In this document: one piece after another, positions 43,556 through 63,859 of the stretch
How the letters are laid out: each line of letters starts with the position of its first letter
How positions within the stretch are numbered: the stretch's first letter is position 1
DNA from: the human T2T-CHM13v2.0 reference genome, Homo sapiens
Assembly: GCF_009914755.1 (NCBI RefSeq)
Contig: NC_060925.1
Direction: 5' to 3' (one strand)
DNA: 64,000 bases
Translations under genes and position numbers: made by a program
Notes under the pieces: model-generated
Told to the model about the DNA's origin: nothing
Seen by the model: the letters and a program-made list of their open reading frames with translations, nothing else
Database searches by the model: none

Positions 43556-43702
43556 GCTGGGTTCAGTGGTGAGCACCTGTTGTCCCAGCTGCTAGGGAGG
43601 CTCAGGCAGAAGGATCACTTGAGCCCAGGAGTTCGAGTCCAGCCTGGGCAACATAATGAGACCTTGTCTCTAAAAAAAAAATTAATTAATTAAAAAATAA
43701 AT
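43556..43702 (+). mobile_element. Alu monomer (FLAM-like)
   Basis: Single arm with A-rich tail. Confidence 0.88.
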
Positions 43703-44954
43703 AAGTAATAGGAATCAGACCCCAGCATCATAGTTGTGCATATTACCTGTTATTTCTTTAAGAGATATCCCTTCTCCTTGAGTTCCATTTTTATGGGAAT
43801 TACTTGCTTTAAAAAAAAAACACACACACACAAAAACTTCAAAGATACAGCATTGACATGACGATAAACTTCCATTTCTTTAAATAAGCTCCTTGCAACA
43901 TCTGATGTATCTGTAACAAAAAGAAGGGCAGGAGAAGGAGCTTGCATTTATGTTTATGAACAGGGTAAACTCAGAGACTGGCAACCTTTACCCCGCCCTC
44001 CCCCACCCCACCCTCAAGAAGTCCCGAAGAACAAAAGGCAATTCAGATGGCAGAATATTACTTCTGTTGCTGTAGCACCAAACTATTAAAAATAAAACTG
44101 TCCCTCAAGGCAAAACATTTCATTTATTTTCCTTTGAATGAGTAACTTGTTTATTAAGATGAACTAAGTGGCTAAATCTAGATGGTACGCAGGCAAGAAA
44201 AATTGATGTATTGTAGCCTTTCGGAAAGTATGCTTTATGTTCCCTGGAATCATCTCTGGGTTTTAAATGAAGAAGAGCTCGTTTAGTCAGATGGGGAGCT
44301 GCTCTCCCTGGAAATAGGCATCACCCGGCTCTGCAATGTGGAATGTCATATTTGACCTTGGTTCTTTCGCAAATTGGTTCTTTCTGGGCTAAATCAGTGT
44401 GTTGAAAGAGTTAGCTAGGTTTAGTGATCTTCAAAGGAGGACCACGTTCCTGCCTCAACTGCGTCTGCAGTTTTTTGAAGTGTTTAATATAAAATCGTTT
44501 CACTTTTGCCTTATTTCATATTTGAGATCACTGTGCTACTGCATCTGTTAGAGAGGCAACACAGAGCACAGGGAGCCAACTGCAGTCCCTGGAGCTTCTG
44601 AGAGAGCTCCCTTTGTTGCTTCCTGACCCAGCCTCAGAGGCATCCCGCCCACAGGGAAGGATATTTGTCTCAGCAGGGAGGTTCCCCATTACTGTCTCCT
44701 CATCTGGGGACACAAATGTGATGTCCAATTCCCCTCTGATTGAGGTCTCATTTGCCCTAAACTAATGCAACTTGAAAGGAGAAAAGGGTGTCAATGGTTA
44801 AAACAACAACAATGACAAGAACAACAAAAACCTCCACCCAATTTAGCAGTGAAACAGGAAACGCCGTATTGAGGAGAGAAGCTTTTAGTTGGAAAAAAAA
44901 TTTCTCTTTAGAATTTGGACAACAAATGACTCTCACTCTCTTTTCTGGTGGTGA

Positions 44955-45287
<333 letters not shown>

Positions 45288-46656
45288 TAATATCACGACA
45301 CACATATTATTCCTGATTTGTAATCTCACAATACCCGCCTTGCTCGCCAAGAGTCCTGAGTGCTGGCCTGGTAAAGATGATTATCTCCATCTTTCAGACG
45401 AGGAAACCAAAGTTCAGAGCACAGGTCCGCAGAACAGTCACAGCTGCCAGCAGTTGCACACCCACATGCGCCATCCCATTTGATCATCACCAACCTGCCG
45501 GTTAGGTTTTCTTGTCACCCGAATTTTACAAAAGTGGAACAGAAGCACCGAGAGAATAAATGAGCTGCCTGAGATTCATCAACTGCTGGTGGAACTGGGC
45601 TTAGTCCTGCATTCTTTCCAAAGCCCCCATGCGGTGACTCAGTATTTGGCCATTTTTCTTTATCCTTTTTGCCTGGTGACTCTGAAGAGAGCCCACCTAC
45701 AGTCCAGCATGTCTGGATCCTGTGCAGCGGGCAGAGGCCAGAGGCCATGGTGGGGGCCCCAGAACTCAGGCTGGGAATCCCAGGGGCTACTCCAGCTTTC
45801 ATGTCACCAGAGCAGTGACATTCGGGCCCTCGGGGGCAGACTGTGCCTGTGGCTTCTCAGTGGGGTGCCTTAGGGTCCCCTCAGCAGATGGATCCCATCT
45901 CCTGGTCTGGTTAGCATAAGATAAACAGGGATAGTAGCAGCAGTTGTCACTCTGAGGGAGGGAAGGGGAAGGGAGGGCTCAGGTGAAAAGCAGAAGGGAA
46001 CTCTATGGCTGTCTTTCTTCTCCCTGTTTACCTGTCCACCCATCTGAGAGATAAAAGAAGAGCAGAGGAGGGTGAGTGAGGAAAAAGCAGGAGGGTATTG
46101 GGTGTGGGGCCGATGGTTTTCACTCAATCCGCCGGGAGATCTGAATATCAACTCTCTATGGAAGAACAAGAACCGAGGTGTCTCTTCTGCCCCATTTCTA
46201 GCCCAGGGTGACCCCAGGAGCTCTGCAGTGTGCCGCATGGAATCGCCTAAGATGGGACTGCCTTGGAACAAACAGTTTCAATGTCTATTTCACATGTGCG
46301 CTCTAGCTCAGAATTTTAATAAGCAAATATACATGGTACCTTGCCGTAGGGGGGCTTTATGTTTCTAAATCTATGAATTAATAAACAGGATGAGCCTTTT
46401 TAAAAAAGGGAGCTTGGGGAAGAATGAACCACTAAAAAGTTATTGGCTCTTAACTCCTGCTTTTTGTAGAAGCTTGACAGGCAGCTGACTCAGCCAGACC
46501 TGAAACCCTTTCCCCGGTTCTTGTTGGCATTTCTGACTTTGCCATTTCAGTTGGCACTGACCCTTCCAAGACTGTGTATGCCAGGAGGGAGCATCTGCCC
46601 CCATCTACTCTCTGGGAAGATGTCCTCTCCCAAGAGTCAAGAGTGTCTTGTTCTGA

Positions 46657-47019
<363 letters not shown>

Positions 47020-47051
47020 TGCTCTGGTTTCTAATAGAAGTAGGTATTTGC

Positions 47052-47363
47052 AGCTAGGCGCGGTAGCTCATGCCTGTAATCCCAGCACTTTGAGAGGCTG
47101 AGGCAGGCAGATCGCTTGAGCCCAGGGGTTTCAGACTAGCCTGGGCAACATGGAGAAACTCCATCTCTACAAAAAATACAAAAAATTAGCCAGGTGTGGT
47201 GGCACATGCATGTAGTTCCAGCTACTCAGGAGGCTGAGGCGGGAGGATCACCTGAGCCTAGGAGGTCAAGGCTGCTGTGAGCTGTGATTGCACCGCTGCA
47301 CTCTAGCCTGCGCAACAGAGTGAGATCCTGTCCCCTCCACCCCAAAAAAAAGAAAACAAAGAA
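47052..47363 (+). mobile_element. Alu SINE (AluJ-like)
   Basis: GATCGCTTGAGCCCAGG and GAGGTCAAGGCTGC. Confidence 0.93.
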
Positions 47364-47894
47364 AGAAACCAGAACACCAGGTGTGTCTTCCTGAGTTTTC
47401 ACCCTGATCACTGCCTCTCCTGCCAGCTCCCTGCTTTCCAGGGAAGAGTTGGCTGCGCCAGGGGACAGAGCACTGACTCCCACCCAGGCCACTGGGACAG
47501 CCATATCTAGGCCTCAAAAGACTATGGGGGTTCCTAGCAAATTCCACCTTATTTGACTTCTCCGAACAGCCCAAACTCTGCTGGGCTTCTTCCCTTGCCT
47601 TCATAGGAGACTTGATGCAGGGGGCAGAGGTGAGAGCCCAGGGGGACAGCTGGCCTTCAGGAGGGGTCCTTGCTGGGTGTTTCCAGGAGAGCTTCGGCCT
47701 CTCTCTCCGCACCATGTTCCAGGTGGCGTTGAAGACCAGTGGGTAATTTGGGGGGTGTGGGAACAGAAAATCAGAGGAACAGCTAGTGTTTTCTTCCTTG
47801 AGACTTGTTTCCCCTTTGACAGTTTAGATGGATAGTAACAATAATCACCGATAGGAAAGTCATCCTGACTGGGGTCTGAAGCCTTCCGTGGATG

Positions 47895-48000
47895 TTCCCG
47901 TCTAATTCTCACAGTAACCCTGTGGGCTTTTAAGGTAAGAATGATCACTGACTCCACTTTTCACCAGTGTCGGAACTGAGACTTGGAGAGGTTCAGTGAC
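47895..48000 (-). mobile_element. MIR fragment
   Basis: AATTCTCACAGTAACCCTGTG..GGAACTGAGACTTGGAGAGGTTCAGTGAC. Confidence 0.6.
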
Positions 48001-48010
48001 CAGACGATGG

Positions 48011-48049
48011 AGTCCAGGGTCCAGAGTCCAGGGTCCGGGGTCCAGGGTC
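48011..48049. repeat. Short heptamer tandem repeat (GTCCAGG)n
   Basis: About 5.5 imperfect copies. Confidence 0.8.
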
Positions 48050-49006
48050 TTCACAGCCTGTGCTCCCTCCCCTTCCGTTTCTCCTCTTGCTTTGGGTTTG
48101 GGAAGCCTCTGCGGGGTGAGGTGGAGAGTGCGCCTCACTAGTCAGGCACCCCGAAGGAGTAAGGCATGTGACTGTACAATATCCCAATAAAGCGTGTGGG
48201 TGGTGGGGATGGGTGGGCGAGGTTGAGATCCATTCTTTAAGGCATTAAATACTGTCTCTTTCAAAAGGAGGTTGTGCTGTTTTGCAGCTGGTTTTCTTTA
48301 ACTACCAGAAACACCAGCATTGTTTCAGAAAGCCACAGAATTTCCAAACACAATGAGAATTCCAAGAGGATGGGGTGTGGGTTTTGGGGGCTGGGGTGGG
48401 TATGGACAGGCTTTTGGGGAGGGAAGACCACAGCCTGAGTGGTTTTGTCCCCCACGGGTAATGAATTTCACACGGCTGCACTGTCCTCAGTTTTATCTGC
48501 AGGATGCTCAAGTTGAAGCCTGGGAAAGAAGGGGATCGGGAAGGAGCAGGCCCCAGGGATTACAGTGGCCATAAAAACCAAACAGTGACCCAGGACAGCC
48601 CCATTTGGTGTGACCTCTAATGACTGCCTTCCCTCAGCTGGTGTCAGAGGAGGCACATGGTGTCAGTTAAGTTCCAAAGTGACATTTGTATAAATAAGTT
48701 TGTTAATGGGAAATGAGTTTTTTTTTCTCCCTCTCCAATCTTAAGAAAGTGTGTAGCCTATATCCAAATATTTCTGAAAGAGCATCAACAGTAACGGCAA
48801 ACAGGGGAGCTAATGTCACCAACAAAACTTGTGAGGTCAACCCAAAGAAAGAAGGGAATAAATGAGCAAAACTTTGGAAAGAGTTTCTCACATGCTGAAA
48901 ACACTCAGCAATATTTCTAACAAGCGTGGTGGCCCTTCAGTCAGAAGTGGCCTTTCTCTGAAGTTTGAAGTAAAAAAAAAAAAAAAAAAAATTCTGTTCT
49001 TCCTGC

Positions 49007-49298
49007 TTTTTTTTTTGAGATGGAGTTTCACTGTTCTCACCCAGGCTGGAGTGCAATGGCATGATCTCAGCTCACTGTAACCTTCGCTTCCCCTGTTCAA
49101 ACCATCTCCTGCCTCAGCCACCCAAATAGCTGGAATTACAGGCCCCTACCACCACGTCCGGCTAATTTTTGTATTTTTAGTGGAAATGGTGTTTCACCAT
49201 GTTGGCCAGGCTGGTCTTGAACTCCTGACATCAGGTGGTCAGCTTGCCTCGGCCTCCCAAAGTGCTGGGATTACAGGTGTGGGCACACCGTGCCTGGC
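49007..49298 (-). mobile_element. Alu SINE
   Basis: Antisense dimer. Confidence 0.95.
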
Positions 49299-49736
49299 CT
49301 ATTCTTCCTACTTTTTATACTTTGTGTTTGCATTCAACTTGACAAACTCAGGCAGCCTTACCAGATAGCTTGGTATTTGTGAGATTCAGTTCTGAGTTTT
49401 GAAGTAAAATTTTAAATATGATTGTTTTTATCCTTTAAAGTATAGAGAAGTCAATAGCCTTGGCTTCTAGGTCTGACTGACTGTTCTATGGATAATGGAT
49501 ATGGATAATGTGAATTGGAATTTATATCCGTGGAATCAAACATGTTCAACTGCATGACATGCATGACAGAAAGTGGCACTTGGCAGAGACAGAGAGGGAA
49601 ACAGTCATTCTCCCGAGCTGTGAAGAGTGCAACTCTAGAGTACATTCTCAGTTCTTTTATCTGTGGAGGAAAAGGCACGTTGTCATGGTTAAGAAATATC
49701 ACATGCCAACTTAGTGACGGGGGAAAGACCCTCTTA

Positions 49737-50052
<316 letters not shown>

Positions 50053-50603
50053 CACTAACGTATACTCTAGAGGCTTACACAATTAATTGTAGAAAATGAA
50101 ACTCTGAAAGAACTAGAAGAAAATATAGGTGAATTTTTATCTAATCTCAAAATAGAGCAGCCTTATTAAAATACGACAGAAGGGAAGCAAAATCAATAAA
50201 TGAGCCTGAGGTTGAATTACAGATTACTTGTACAAGAATATTCATAGCAGCACCACAGCAAAACCTTGAAACAACCCAAATGTTGCATATTGAGAGTGGA
50301 TAAACAATAGAGTTTTTCACACAAAATTTTCAAAAATTTTAAAAACAATACCCCCAAATCGACAAATTGTAATGACATATAATCCTATGGCTAAACTTTA
50401 CAATATAATATTAAGTGCAAAAAACGTTACTTAATACACAATAGCCTTTCTTAACCCAATGTTTTAATATGAAAAATTTCAAACATTCAGTAAAACTGAA
50501 AGAATTTTCTCGTGAGTACCTGTATGCCCATCATCTTGTTTATCCCTTTCACACTTTGTTATGTTTGCTTTCTCACATACTCATTCATTATTCCCTCTAA
50601 TTC

Positions 50604-50818
50604 AGCAGTCCTCAGCTTGGGGTGATTTTGCCCCCCAGGAATATCTGACAGTGTTTGGAGACAGTTTTAGTTGTTACAGCTGGGATAGGGTACTACTGAC
50701 ATCTGGTGTGGGTAGAGGCCAGGGACGCTGGTCACAGCCTGCATTCCACATGGCAAGCCCCCACCACAGAGAATCAGCTAGCCCCAGATTGCAGCAGTGC
50801 TGAAGCTGAGAACCCCTG
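50604..50818. mobile_element. MER20 DNA transposon
   Basis: GGGGTGATTTTGCCCCCCAGG..TGGAGACA.TTTT.GTTG..GGGTAGAGGCCAGGGA.GCTG..TGAGAACCCCTG. Confidence 0.88.
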
Positions 50819-51264
50819 CTGGAATCCATCTTATTTTCTGATACATTTCAGAGAAACCTGGATTCACTGGTATACTTCCTCCTACATATTTAAGTATGTA
50901 TATCATTAACTAGATTTCCATATTTATTTACAGTGTTTTTCTTTTGATGTGAAATGTACATGCAATGAAATGCAGAAGTCTTAAGGGTACATTCACTGAG
51001 CTTTGGTCAGGGCATGCACCTGTGTAACCCAGACTCCTGTCAGGACAGAGGACCTTACCATTGGCTTAGAAAATCCCCCTTAACTCGTCTCCAGTCAAGC
51101 CTTTCAGCCTCCTTTCCCCAGGAGGCAACAATTATTCTATTTTTGTTCCACCATAGAAAAAAGTTAGAACAGTGGTTCTCATAGTTTTGTGTGTTTTAGA
51201 ATTGCATATAAATGGAATAACAACAGATGCACGCTTTGTCTGAGACTTCTTTCACTCCATAGCA

Positions 51265-52610
<1,346 letters not shown>

Positions 52611-54048
52611 AAACTTCCAGATGAGTTTCCAAGGTAGTTTACACCATTTTACACTTCTACCACAATGTCTGAGACTATAATAGCCTTTTTACAAATTTAC
52701 AACAGCAAAACACACAATTTCAGAATTCATAGAGATGAGATACTACTGTGTAAAAAGCAAAGCTGGGGACTGATACCCACAGGACTTGAGGTGGCAGTAA
52801 CCTTGGGTGGGAGAGTCCTGCATAGCCAGATGTGTACCTGGTGAAGGGCCAGTTAAAGCGCTGTTGTTTAAACCAAGGAGAAGGGTCCTGGGGGTGCCCT
52901 TTGCCATAGGAAACTATTTCCCATAGTATTAGTATCTGTGGCTAACAACATGGCCACAGGCTGTACTTTCCTGTCCAATCTCTGTGTATCTAAGTCTGCT
53001 GAGGCTGCAGATTCCTGCAAAGAGCAGTCGATGGCCCTCTGCAGGAGGGCTGATGGAGAAAACATGCGTCGGATGCTTACACCGGCCGTGTCAGAGAAGA
53101 GGAATGAGCCTATTGCTCCTGCCATGTAATGATTCCTGTTGGGAGTCAGTGACTCCTTTTCTGTGGGGCTACCCTCACCCATCCACATTTCTGGCTTTCC
53201 TTGCTAGGGGTTCTTCCCTCGTCTTCCAAGTCCTGTGCAGGTGGCTGGAGGCCAGAGAGGACTCATTTGGCTATAATCAGAGGCATTCCCCTTTCCTCGG
53301 TCCGTAGGGATGGAAGGGTTTGAGCCCGAGTTTATTTACCCTTAGCAAAACACAACTAGGTTTTATTATTATTATTATTTTAGTGCTTGGGATAAAAAGG
53401 CCCATAAAAACAATAGCATAAAACAGCTTTTACTGATCAAACGTCATGCTGATTTATTTGTGAGTGAAATCTGAACCATATGGTCTGGCTTCCCTTAAAA
53501 TGCACAGGGGGTTCAGGATTAAGGGAACAAACTCTTGGCAAATTTGTTTTGCGTTTCACTGAGCACATCATGTTAGAAACAAAATAGAGCAATTGTTGAG
53601 TGCTTACTGTGTGCAGGAAATTGTGCTTAGTGATTGATGTCCATGATCTCGCTTCATCTTCACAACGATCCATGCAGTCAGCAGCGTTCCCCACGAGGGG
53701 CAGCAGCAGTGCTGAGCTCAGGGCCCTCATGACCTGCAGGAAGGTGGGCAAAGTGGGGAAGATCTGGAATCCAGTGGGGAAGAGTCGTCCACCAGTGACA
53801 GCACTTCCACCTAAAGTCCCCTGATCGTGAAAGAGATGAAACTGCAAACGAGGACGTGAACTTGGGGCCTGTGGATCAGCTGGCCTTCTCAGGTTGCAGA
53901 GAGCCAGCTGTGCATTGTCTTATTCCCTTGTCCCAGCAGAGACTGAACGCTAAGTCTTTCCCACCATCAAGGCATGAGGTTTCTCTCTTTGCCGCATTTG
54001 TGTTGGGCATCTCAGCCCTCAGTCTGTATTCTTGTGGAGGGTGCACCT

Positions 54049-54353
54049 CTTTTTTTTTTTGTTTTTTTGTACACACAGTTTTGCTCTTAGTTGCCCAGGC
54101 TAGAGTGCAATGGCGCGATCTCGGCTCCCTGCAACCTCCTTTTCCCAGGTTCTAAGCGATTCTCCTGCCTCAGCCTCCTGAGTAGCTGGGATTACAGGCA
54201 TGCACCACCACGCCCGGCTAATTTTGTATTTTTAGTAGAGATGGGGTTTCTCCATGTTGGTCAGGCTGGTCTCAAACTCCCGACCTCAGGTGATCCACCC
54301 GCCTCGGCCTCCCAAAGTGCTGGGATTATAGGCATAAGCCACCGCACCTGGCC
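54049..54353 (-). mobile_element. Alu SINE (AluSp-like)
   Basis: Antisense dimer with TSD TGCA(C/T)CTCTT. Confidence 0.96.
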
Positions 54354-55309
54354 AGATGCATCTCTTTGAGTTTGGGAACGAAAAGGGTATGATGGCAGAA
54401 TCATGTGCTGCCAGTCATGATCACAGTGATGTTCATTCTGGTTCCTGGGCTTAAGCTTCTAATTTGCTGTAAGAAAGCTCAGTGGGCTTGCCCTTTGCCT
54501 AAGTGAAACCAGCTTATTTCCACTTTTCTTCAGGCACCCTCACGGACATCCAGTGCCACGGTCCTGCTTTGTCAGGCAGCATCTTTCAGATTCTTGAAAG
54601 ACAGGCAGCTTGTTTCGAATGACCCACAGGGAATGGTGCACCATTCACTCAGTCCACCCCTAGCACGGGCCAGTCCTATGTCGTTTTTTGGCATTTTTGA
54701 GGAACAGCTCCCTTTTCAGTACCAGGTGACATTATTACCCAGATCCAGTTGCGGAGAGGCGTGTGTGTCTGTCTGGTTGAGCTGAAACGTGGGCAGATCA
54801 GAAAGGAAGGAAAACTGGATTAAGCCAGGATTTGCTTACCTGGAAGGTCCAGAAAGAAATTCCCCTTCCTTCCACAGCCAGAGGATTTCAAGTCTATAAT
54901 GTTGCTAAAATTAGCAGTGTAACAAAACTTCCCATGTGATGTAGCACAGGTTGATGGGGTAAGCCAGTGTAACATGGAAACCCACTGGCACCTCTGCATC
55001 TGGGCCTAAGGCTGCGGCCTCCGTCCTCTTCGCCATCATTGGCCTCTCTTGTTTCTTCCCACCCCTGTCACACCGCCCTTGACCATGGTTGTCTGTCATG
55101 TGGATTCCTCACGGGCAGAGATACTACCCTCTGAGCTTGCTCCCTGCTTTGCTCTGGAGTGTGGAATTTAAAACTTGTAATGATAGGAGAAGGGAAGAAC
55201 ACAGTTACAGTATTAGACTCACTGTTTCCTGAGCCACTAAATGTATCAGACTGTTATATTTGGGTTATTTTCCAAAAACCTTTTGGTAGTCATTAAAAAA
55301 ACACTCTGA

Positions 55310-55616
<307 letters not shown>

Positions 55617-55924
55617 CTATATTTATTCATGGAAACAATGATATAACATTCTTAGACTTGCCTTCAAAGGCCACCTGTATTAATAGGGTCCCACGCATGC
55701 CACTTATAACATGGATTCTGTAGCACATTGGGACATCGGAAGCCTTCTCCATTCACTCTCCCTTGCTCTCCCTATTGTTCCAGCACCTCCTGAGGGGGCC
55801 CTCTTTCAGGAGCTTTGATCATTCCCTGCACTTGTACATTTCCATAACTAGCACCACCTTTGTATCTAGATGTTTGCATGCAAGGGGCATCTCCAGGTAT
55901 CTTCCCATGTATCCTTAGTTGCCC

Positions 55925-56462
<538 letters not shown>

Positions 56463-56513
56463 CATGATACTGACTCCTAATCGTAGCCTGATGGCTTTAA
56501 CAAGAGAAAATAA

Positions 56514-56923
<410 letters not shown>

Positions 56924-57443
56924 TAGGGGGGTTGCAAATTTTGCTTCCAAATGATCTTCTAAGAGCAGGATATTCTCTGCCTGGAGTGATGAGGGTACCA
57001 TTTCTAAAAGAGGTACATTGTAGTTCAAACTCCTGCAGGTAAGGAGCCGTGACTTACTAACTTTCAACTTTGACACATTCGCAGGTAAGAGCAGAGCTAC
57101 GCACTACAGCAAAATCCAGGCTGTCCGTCAGCAGCTGATGTGCCCGGTACCTTTTGTCTTGGCCATCCTGTTGTTCATTAATCTGATGTATACTCACTGT
57201 GTTTGCGTTTATTTTCCTAACATTTTTAGCCTCATCCTATTCCTATAAGTGACAGGCACTGTAACTATTGAAAGTACTGATTAAAAGTAGTGTTTGATTA
57301 TTCTGTAAGCAAAGTAATACTTTGGATTAAAACAAAGTGACTGTCATCTGAATCTTAATTTCTGTTATTTTCCAAATTTCTTTATTCATTCTCCTGTTGA
57401 TGTATATGAAGATGAACAAAGAGAGCAAATAAAACCACTCAGA

Positions 57444-57785
<342 letters not shown>

Positions 57786-57941
57786 CTACAGTGTAACTAG
57801 AGACGAGGTGTACCGCAGACTTGGGGAAATAAATGTCCCGAAGCAGCAGAGCTAACTCCCAGCTCCCACCAAAAACGATGTTACTTCCAAAGATACTGCA
57901 CTTGAACAACTGAAGAGAGTGCTCTTGAAATAAGAAACTTA

Positions 57942-58469
<528 letters not shown>

Positions 58470-58828
58470 TTAAAGAAATGAAAGAAAACCTAATACCAGA
58501 AATTTGAAAAATCTCAAACAAAATGCTGGAAAATGTAAAATTAAAGATTATGACATGCCAGAAAGAAATGGAGGAAAAAGACAAAAAAAAATCATCTCAG
58601 GCATGAAGACGAGATTACAAGATGTCCATTCAGATTCTACTGAAAAAAATTATAAGGGATATTGAGAAGAGGAACGAAACCATTCAAGACAACAAAAATG
58701 AGATAAAGAGAGGTGAAAAGAATCAGAGAAAAAGTGATATATAAGCTAGGCAAAGAAAGTCCAACACACAAAATTGAAGTTGAAGAACAAGCAGATGGAA
58801 TAAAACTAATATTTAAAACTACAATCTA

Positions 58829-59188
<360 letters not shown>

Positions 59189-60125
59189 CTACATGCATCT
59201 GGGAAAATTGACCCAGCGTGATTAAATTCTAGATGTATCCTCATAAACTTTGTGGTTAAAGATGAGGGAGAAGGAGGAGGAGGAGGATAAGGAGGAAGAG
59301 GAGGAAGAAAACAAACCTCTGGGCCTCCAGTCAAAAATACCAAGTCACTTAAAAAGAAAAAAAAATTAGATTGGCATCAGCCTTATCAACAGCTACGTGC
59401 AAAGCAAGACAAGGATGGAACAATGTTTTCAAGAAAGGTAAGGACCATCTGAATCAAGAATTTTAAATCCAGCCCATCTGTCTTTCAAGTATCAAAGTTA
59501 TCGAAAAAAAAGTTTTAATCCTACGAGAACTCAGGGACTACTGTCCTAACAACTCCTTCCTAAAGAATATGCCAGAGGGTTGTTACCATCAAACAGAGAG
59601 AAGACTAAGGAAATTTGTCAAAATAACTGGTGGTTTGAACAAAAGATGCAAAACTACTTTGAAAGAGGGCTTCATGTTTCAGAGATTAATCGGACGTATC
59701 CATCCATAAGATCCTTGCCAAGAAAGTTTGAATAATAAAACAATGGAGCTAGATTGCAATGTTTTCACCAAATCCAGAATCTCTGAAGAAATTAGGATAT
59801 GGCTTTGGCAGCTCTAGACGCCAAATTTGTAAAGCAAGAGAAGGGAAAAAGTGCAAGTAATTAATGGAGCTTGGAAAAGACCTGAAGCAGGACAGTCAGG
59901 AGTAGATGAAAGGGTTTTCTAAGAAAAGAAGTAGAAATGTGGAATTTGGTAAATTTTATTGAGAAGGCACCCGAGTAGATTTAGGCTTGTAGTTCTTACA
60001 AACATTAAAAATGTTTTATTGTATTAAAGAGCTAATACTCCTTAATTATGACTTCATTATTTATGTTACAGAGAAGATCTAGATGCACTATTTACCTCCT
60101 TTTGTTCCTAACCTAGAAATGGTAG

Positions 60126-60524
<399 letters not shown>

Positions 60525-61002
60525 TGAAGCCTCAGAATTCTACTCAACGTAGCACACGAGGCAGCCATTACTACTCTATCTGCATTTGTTGGAAGTTGAA
60601 ATATATTTGCTATCCCTGCCCTAATTGTAGGGTCTGTAGCCTGATTACTTGGCATCTTCATCTCACTTGTGGAAACTAACGGGATTACAGACGCACTTTC
60701 TCAGCAAGCGTTCATTAGTCACTGAGTAAATGACAAACAATGTATGAGGCTCTGGGCATAATGAAATGATTAGGACACATTTCCATCCTCCAAGAGGCTC
60801 ACAGGGCCCAGAAGGAAGTGAATGATTCTGTAGAATTTGCCTTGTGAATGTGTTACTCCTTAAGTTATATCGAACATTGCAGTGATCAAGAAATATTCTA
60901 CTTTGTAGAAAGATCCTGGAATCACATAGACCCCAAGTTTTAGGCATGGCAAAACTTTATGCACAATTTCATATGTAAAGTGATTTTCTCTGTCCTCATC
61001 CT

Positions 61003-61172
61003 TAGTACCTTGCTACTCAAAGCGTGACCTGAGGACCAGTGGAAAGATATTACCTGGGTACTTGTTAGAAAATGCAGAATTCCAGTCCCATACCAGATCT
61101 CTTGAAACAGAATTCTCATTGTATGAAGATACCCAGGTGACTTGTATGTACATAAAGTGTAAGAAACACTGC
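61003..61172. mobile_element. MER5A DNA transposon
   Basis: CTACTCAAAG.GTG..CCTGGG.ACTTGTTAGAAAATGCAGAAT..CCCAGGTGA..AGAAACACTG. Confidence 0.85.
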
Positions 61173-61458
61173 AGACTCTTAGTGTCCAGCTAGAACAAGA
61201 TTGATTTGCCACCTGCCACTTTTCTTTCTCCCTACACACACTTAAAAAAAAATCTCTTAACTAACCACAGACACATATTCCAAATCTCATGTTCTCTCTG
61301 TCATAATTTTCTTATTTGTAAACTTAACATGGGAACACTATTAGTACCTGTCCTGTCTGATGAGAGTGAGCATTTGCTGAGATCATGCATCTGTGGTGTT
61401 CAGTAGAGTGCCCAGCTTCATAAATACATGTTATTTGTGAATGATATACATGATACTA

Positions 61459-61812
<354 letters not shown>

Positions 61813-62805
61813 TCAACACCGTAGCCTGTTCCCAGTGGAGGAAATTCTGAACTTTCTCGTTGTTGGAACTTTGTTTGATACCTCTAAGTAAATACCCAAT
61901 AAAATGGTATCTAACGCCCCCCTGCCGGGCTGGGTGGTACCCACACTTGTACCTCGCACTCACACTCACACACGTCACACACCTGTCAGGGGGCACAGCC
62001 CCAGGTGAGCCTGAGTGCTGTGCTTGCCTCGTGGGGTGCTCCATGGAGATGGGTCTCCCAGGCCTCAGGGCTTCCTGGGTGCACCTCCCGTTTCTGCGTG
62101 CAGGGAGGGATGGCTACAGGACTGGGCGGGAGAACTTTCCCAGTGTGGTGAGGCGTGCTGGTGAGACAGCAGTGTTTCCTGGGTTACATGTGGGCAGGAC
62201 TGGGTTGGAGATGGGCCCGCAATTTGGCCTCCTGACTTGGGGTGCTCCAGTCTGCAGGTGGAAGTTCTTCCCGGCGGCTTGCAAAGAAGAAAAGCGAGGA
62301 GAAGGGCACTGATTTATTCAGCAGGGCATTTCCTTGGTTTGGCTGAAAGCTTTTGACTTGCGTGAGCTCAGCAGGGGAGCGCCGTTTCCAGGCCTCGCAA
62401 CACCGGCCTGCTATTAAGTGTTTCTAAGAGAATAAAAGCCTGTTGTGTTAAAAGGACTTGCCCTCCGCCAGCAGCAGTGGGCCCATTAGCCAATCCGTTG
62501 GACACCCGGTGGCACACAGGCTGGCTCTGCAGGAGGTCCTCCTGGCCTCCTGCCCCTGTGTCTTTCAGAAGGCAGAGTCCGTGGGAGAGATCTGCTTCCC
62601 CATCCTCCTGCCTGGTGGAGCTGAGAGTGTCAACTGACACTGTCCCTTCGGCCTCCTCCTCTGTCCCTACTGCGCTGGGTTGAGTTGCCTGTGGAGGGGC
62701 TCTGCTTCCCTTCCTTTGTGGAGCTGATGTGTTCAGGAAAATATTCGAATATGTTAGATTTGTATAAACTAGGTCATTACTCTCTTGCTTTAAGGTTATA
62801 CTTCA

Positions 62806-63242
<437 letters not shown>

Positions 63243-63447
63243 TCAGAATATAGAAAGAGGGAAGGAAAGGAGGGAGGGAGGAAGGGAATAAGGGTTCAGA
63301 ATATAGATAGAAAGGAAAAGTCCACAGAAAACTGGAGTAAAGTCTGAAGCTCCTGAAATAATAGTCAGTGTGCTAAGCAGGAACAGTGTGTACAATTTTA
63401 AGACATGAGAGTGAAATACCGGGTTTGTCATTTGCATAAGTTTTTGA

Positions 63448-63812
<365 letters not shown>

Positions 63813-63859
63813 CTCTGGCATCACTTATGTTTTAATGACCAAGGTGTATACAGGTAAGA

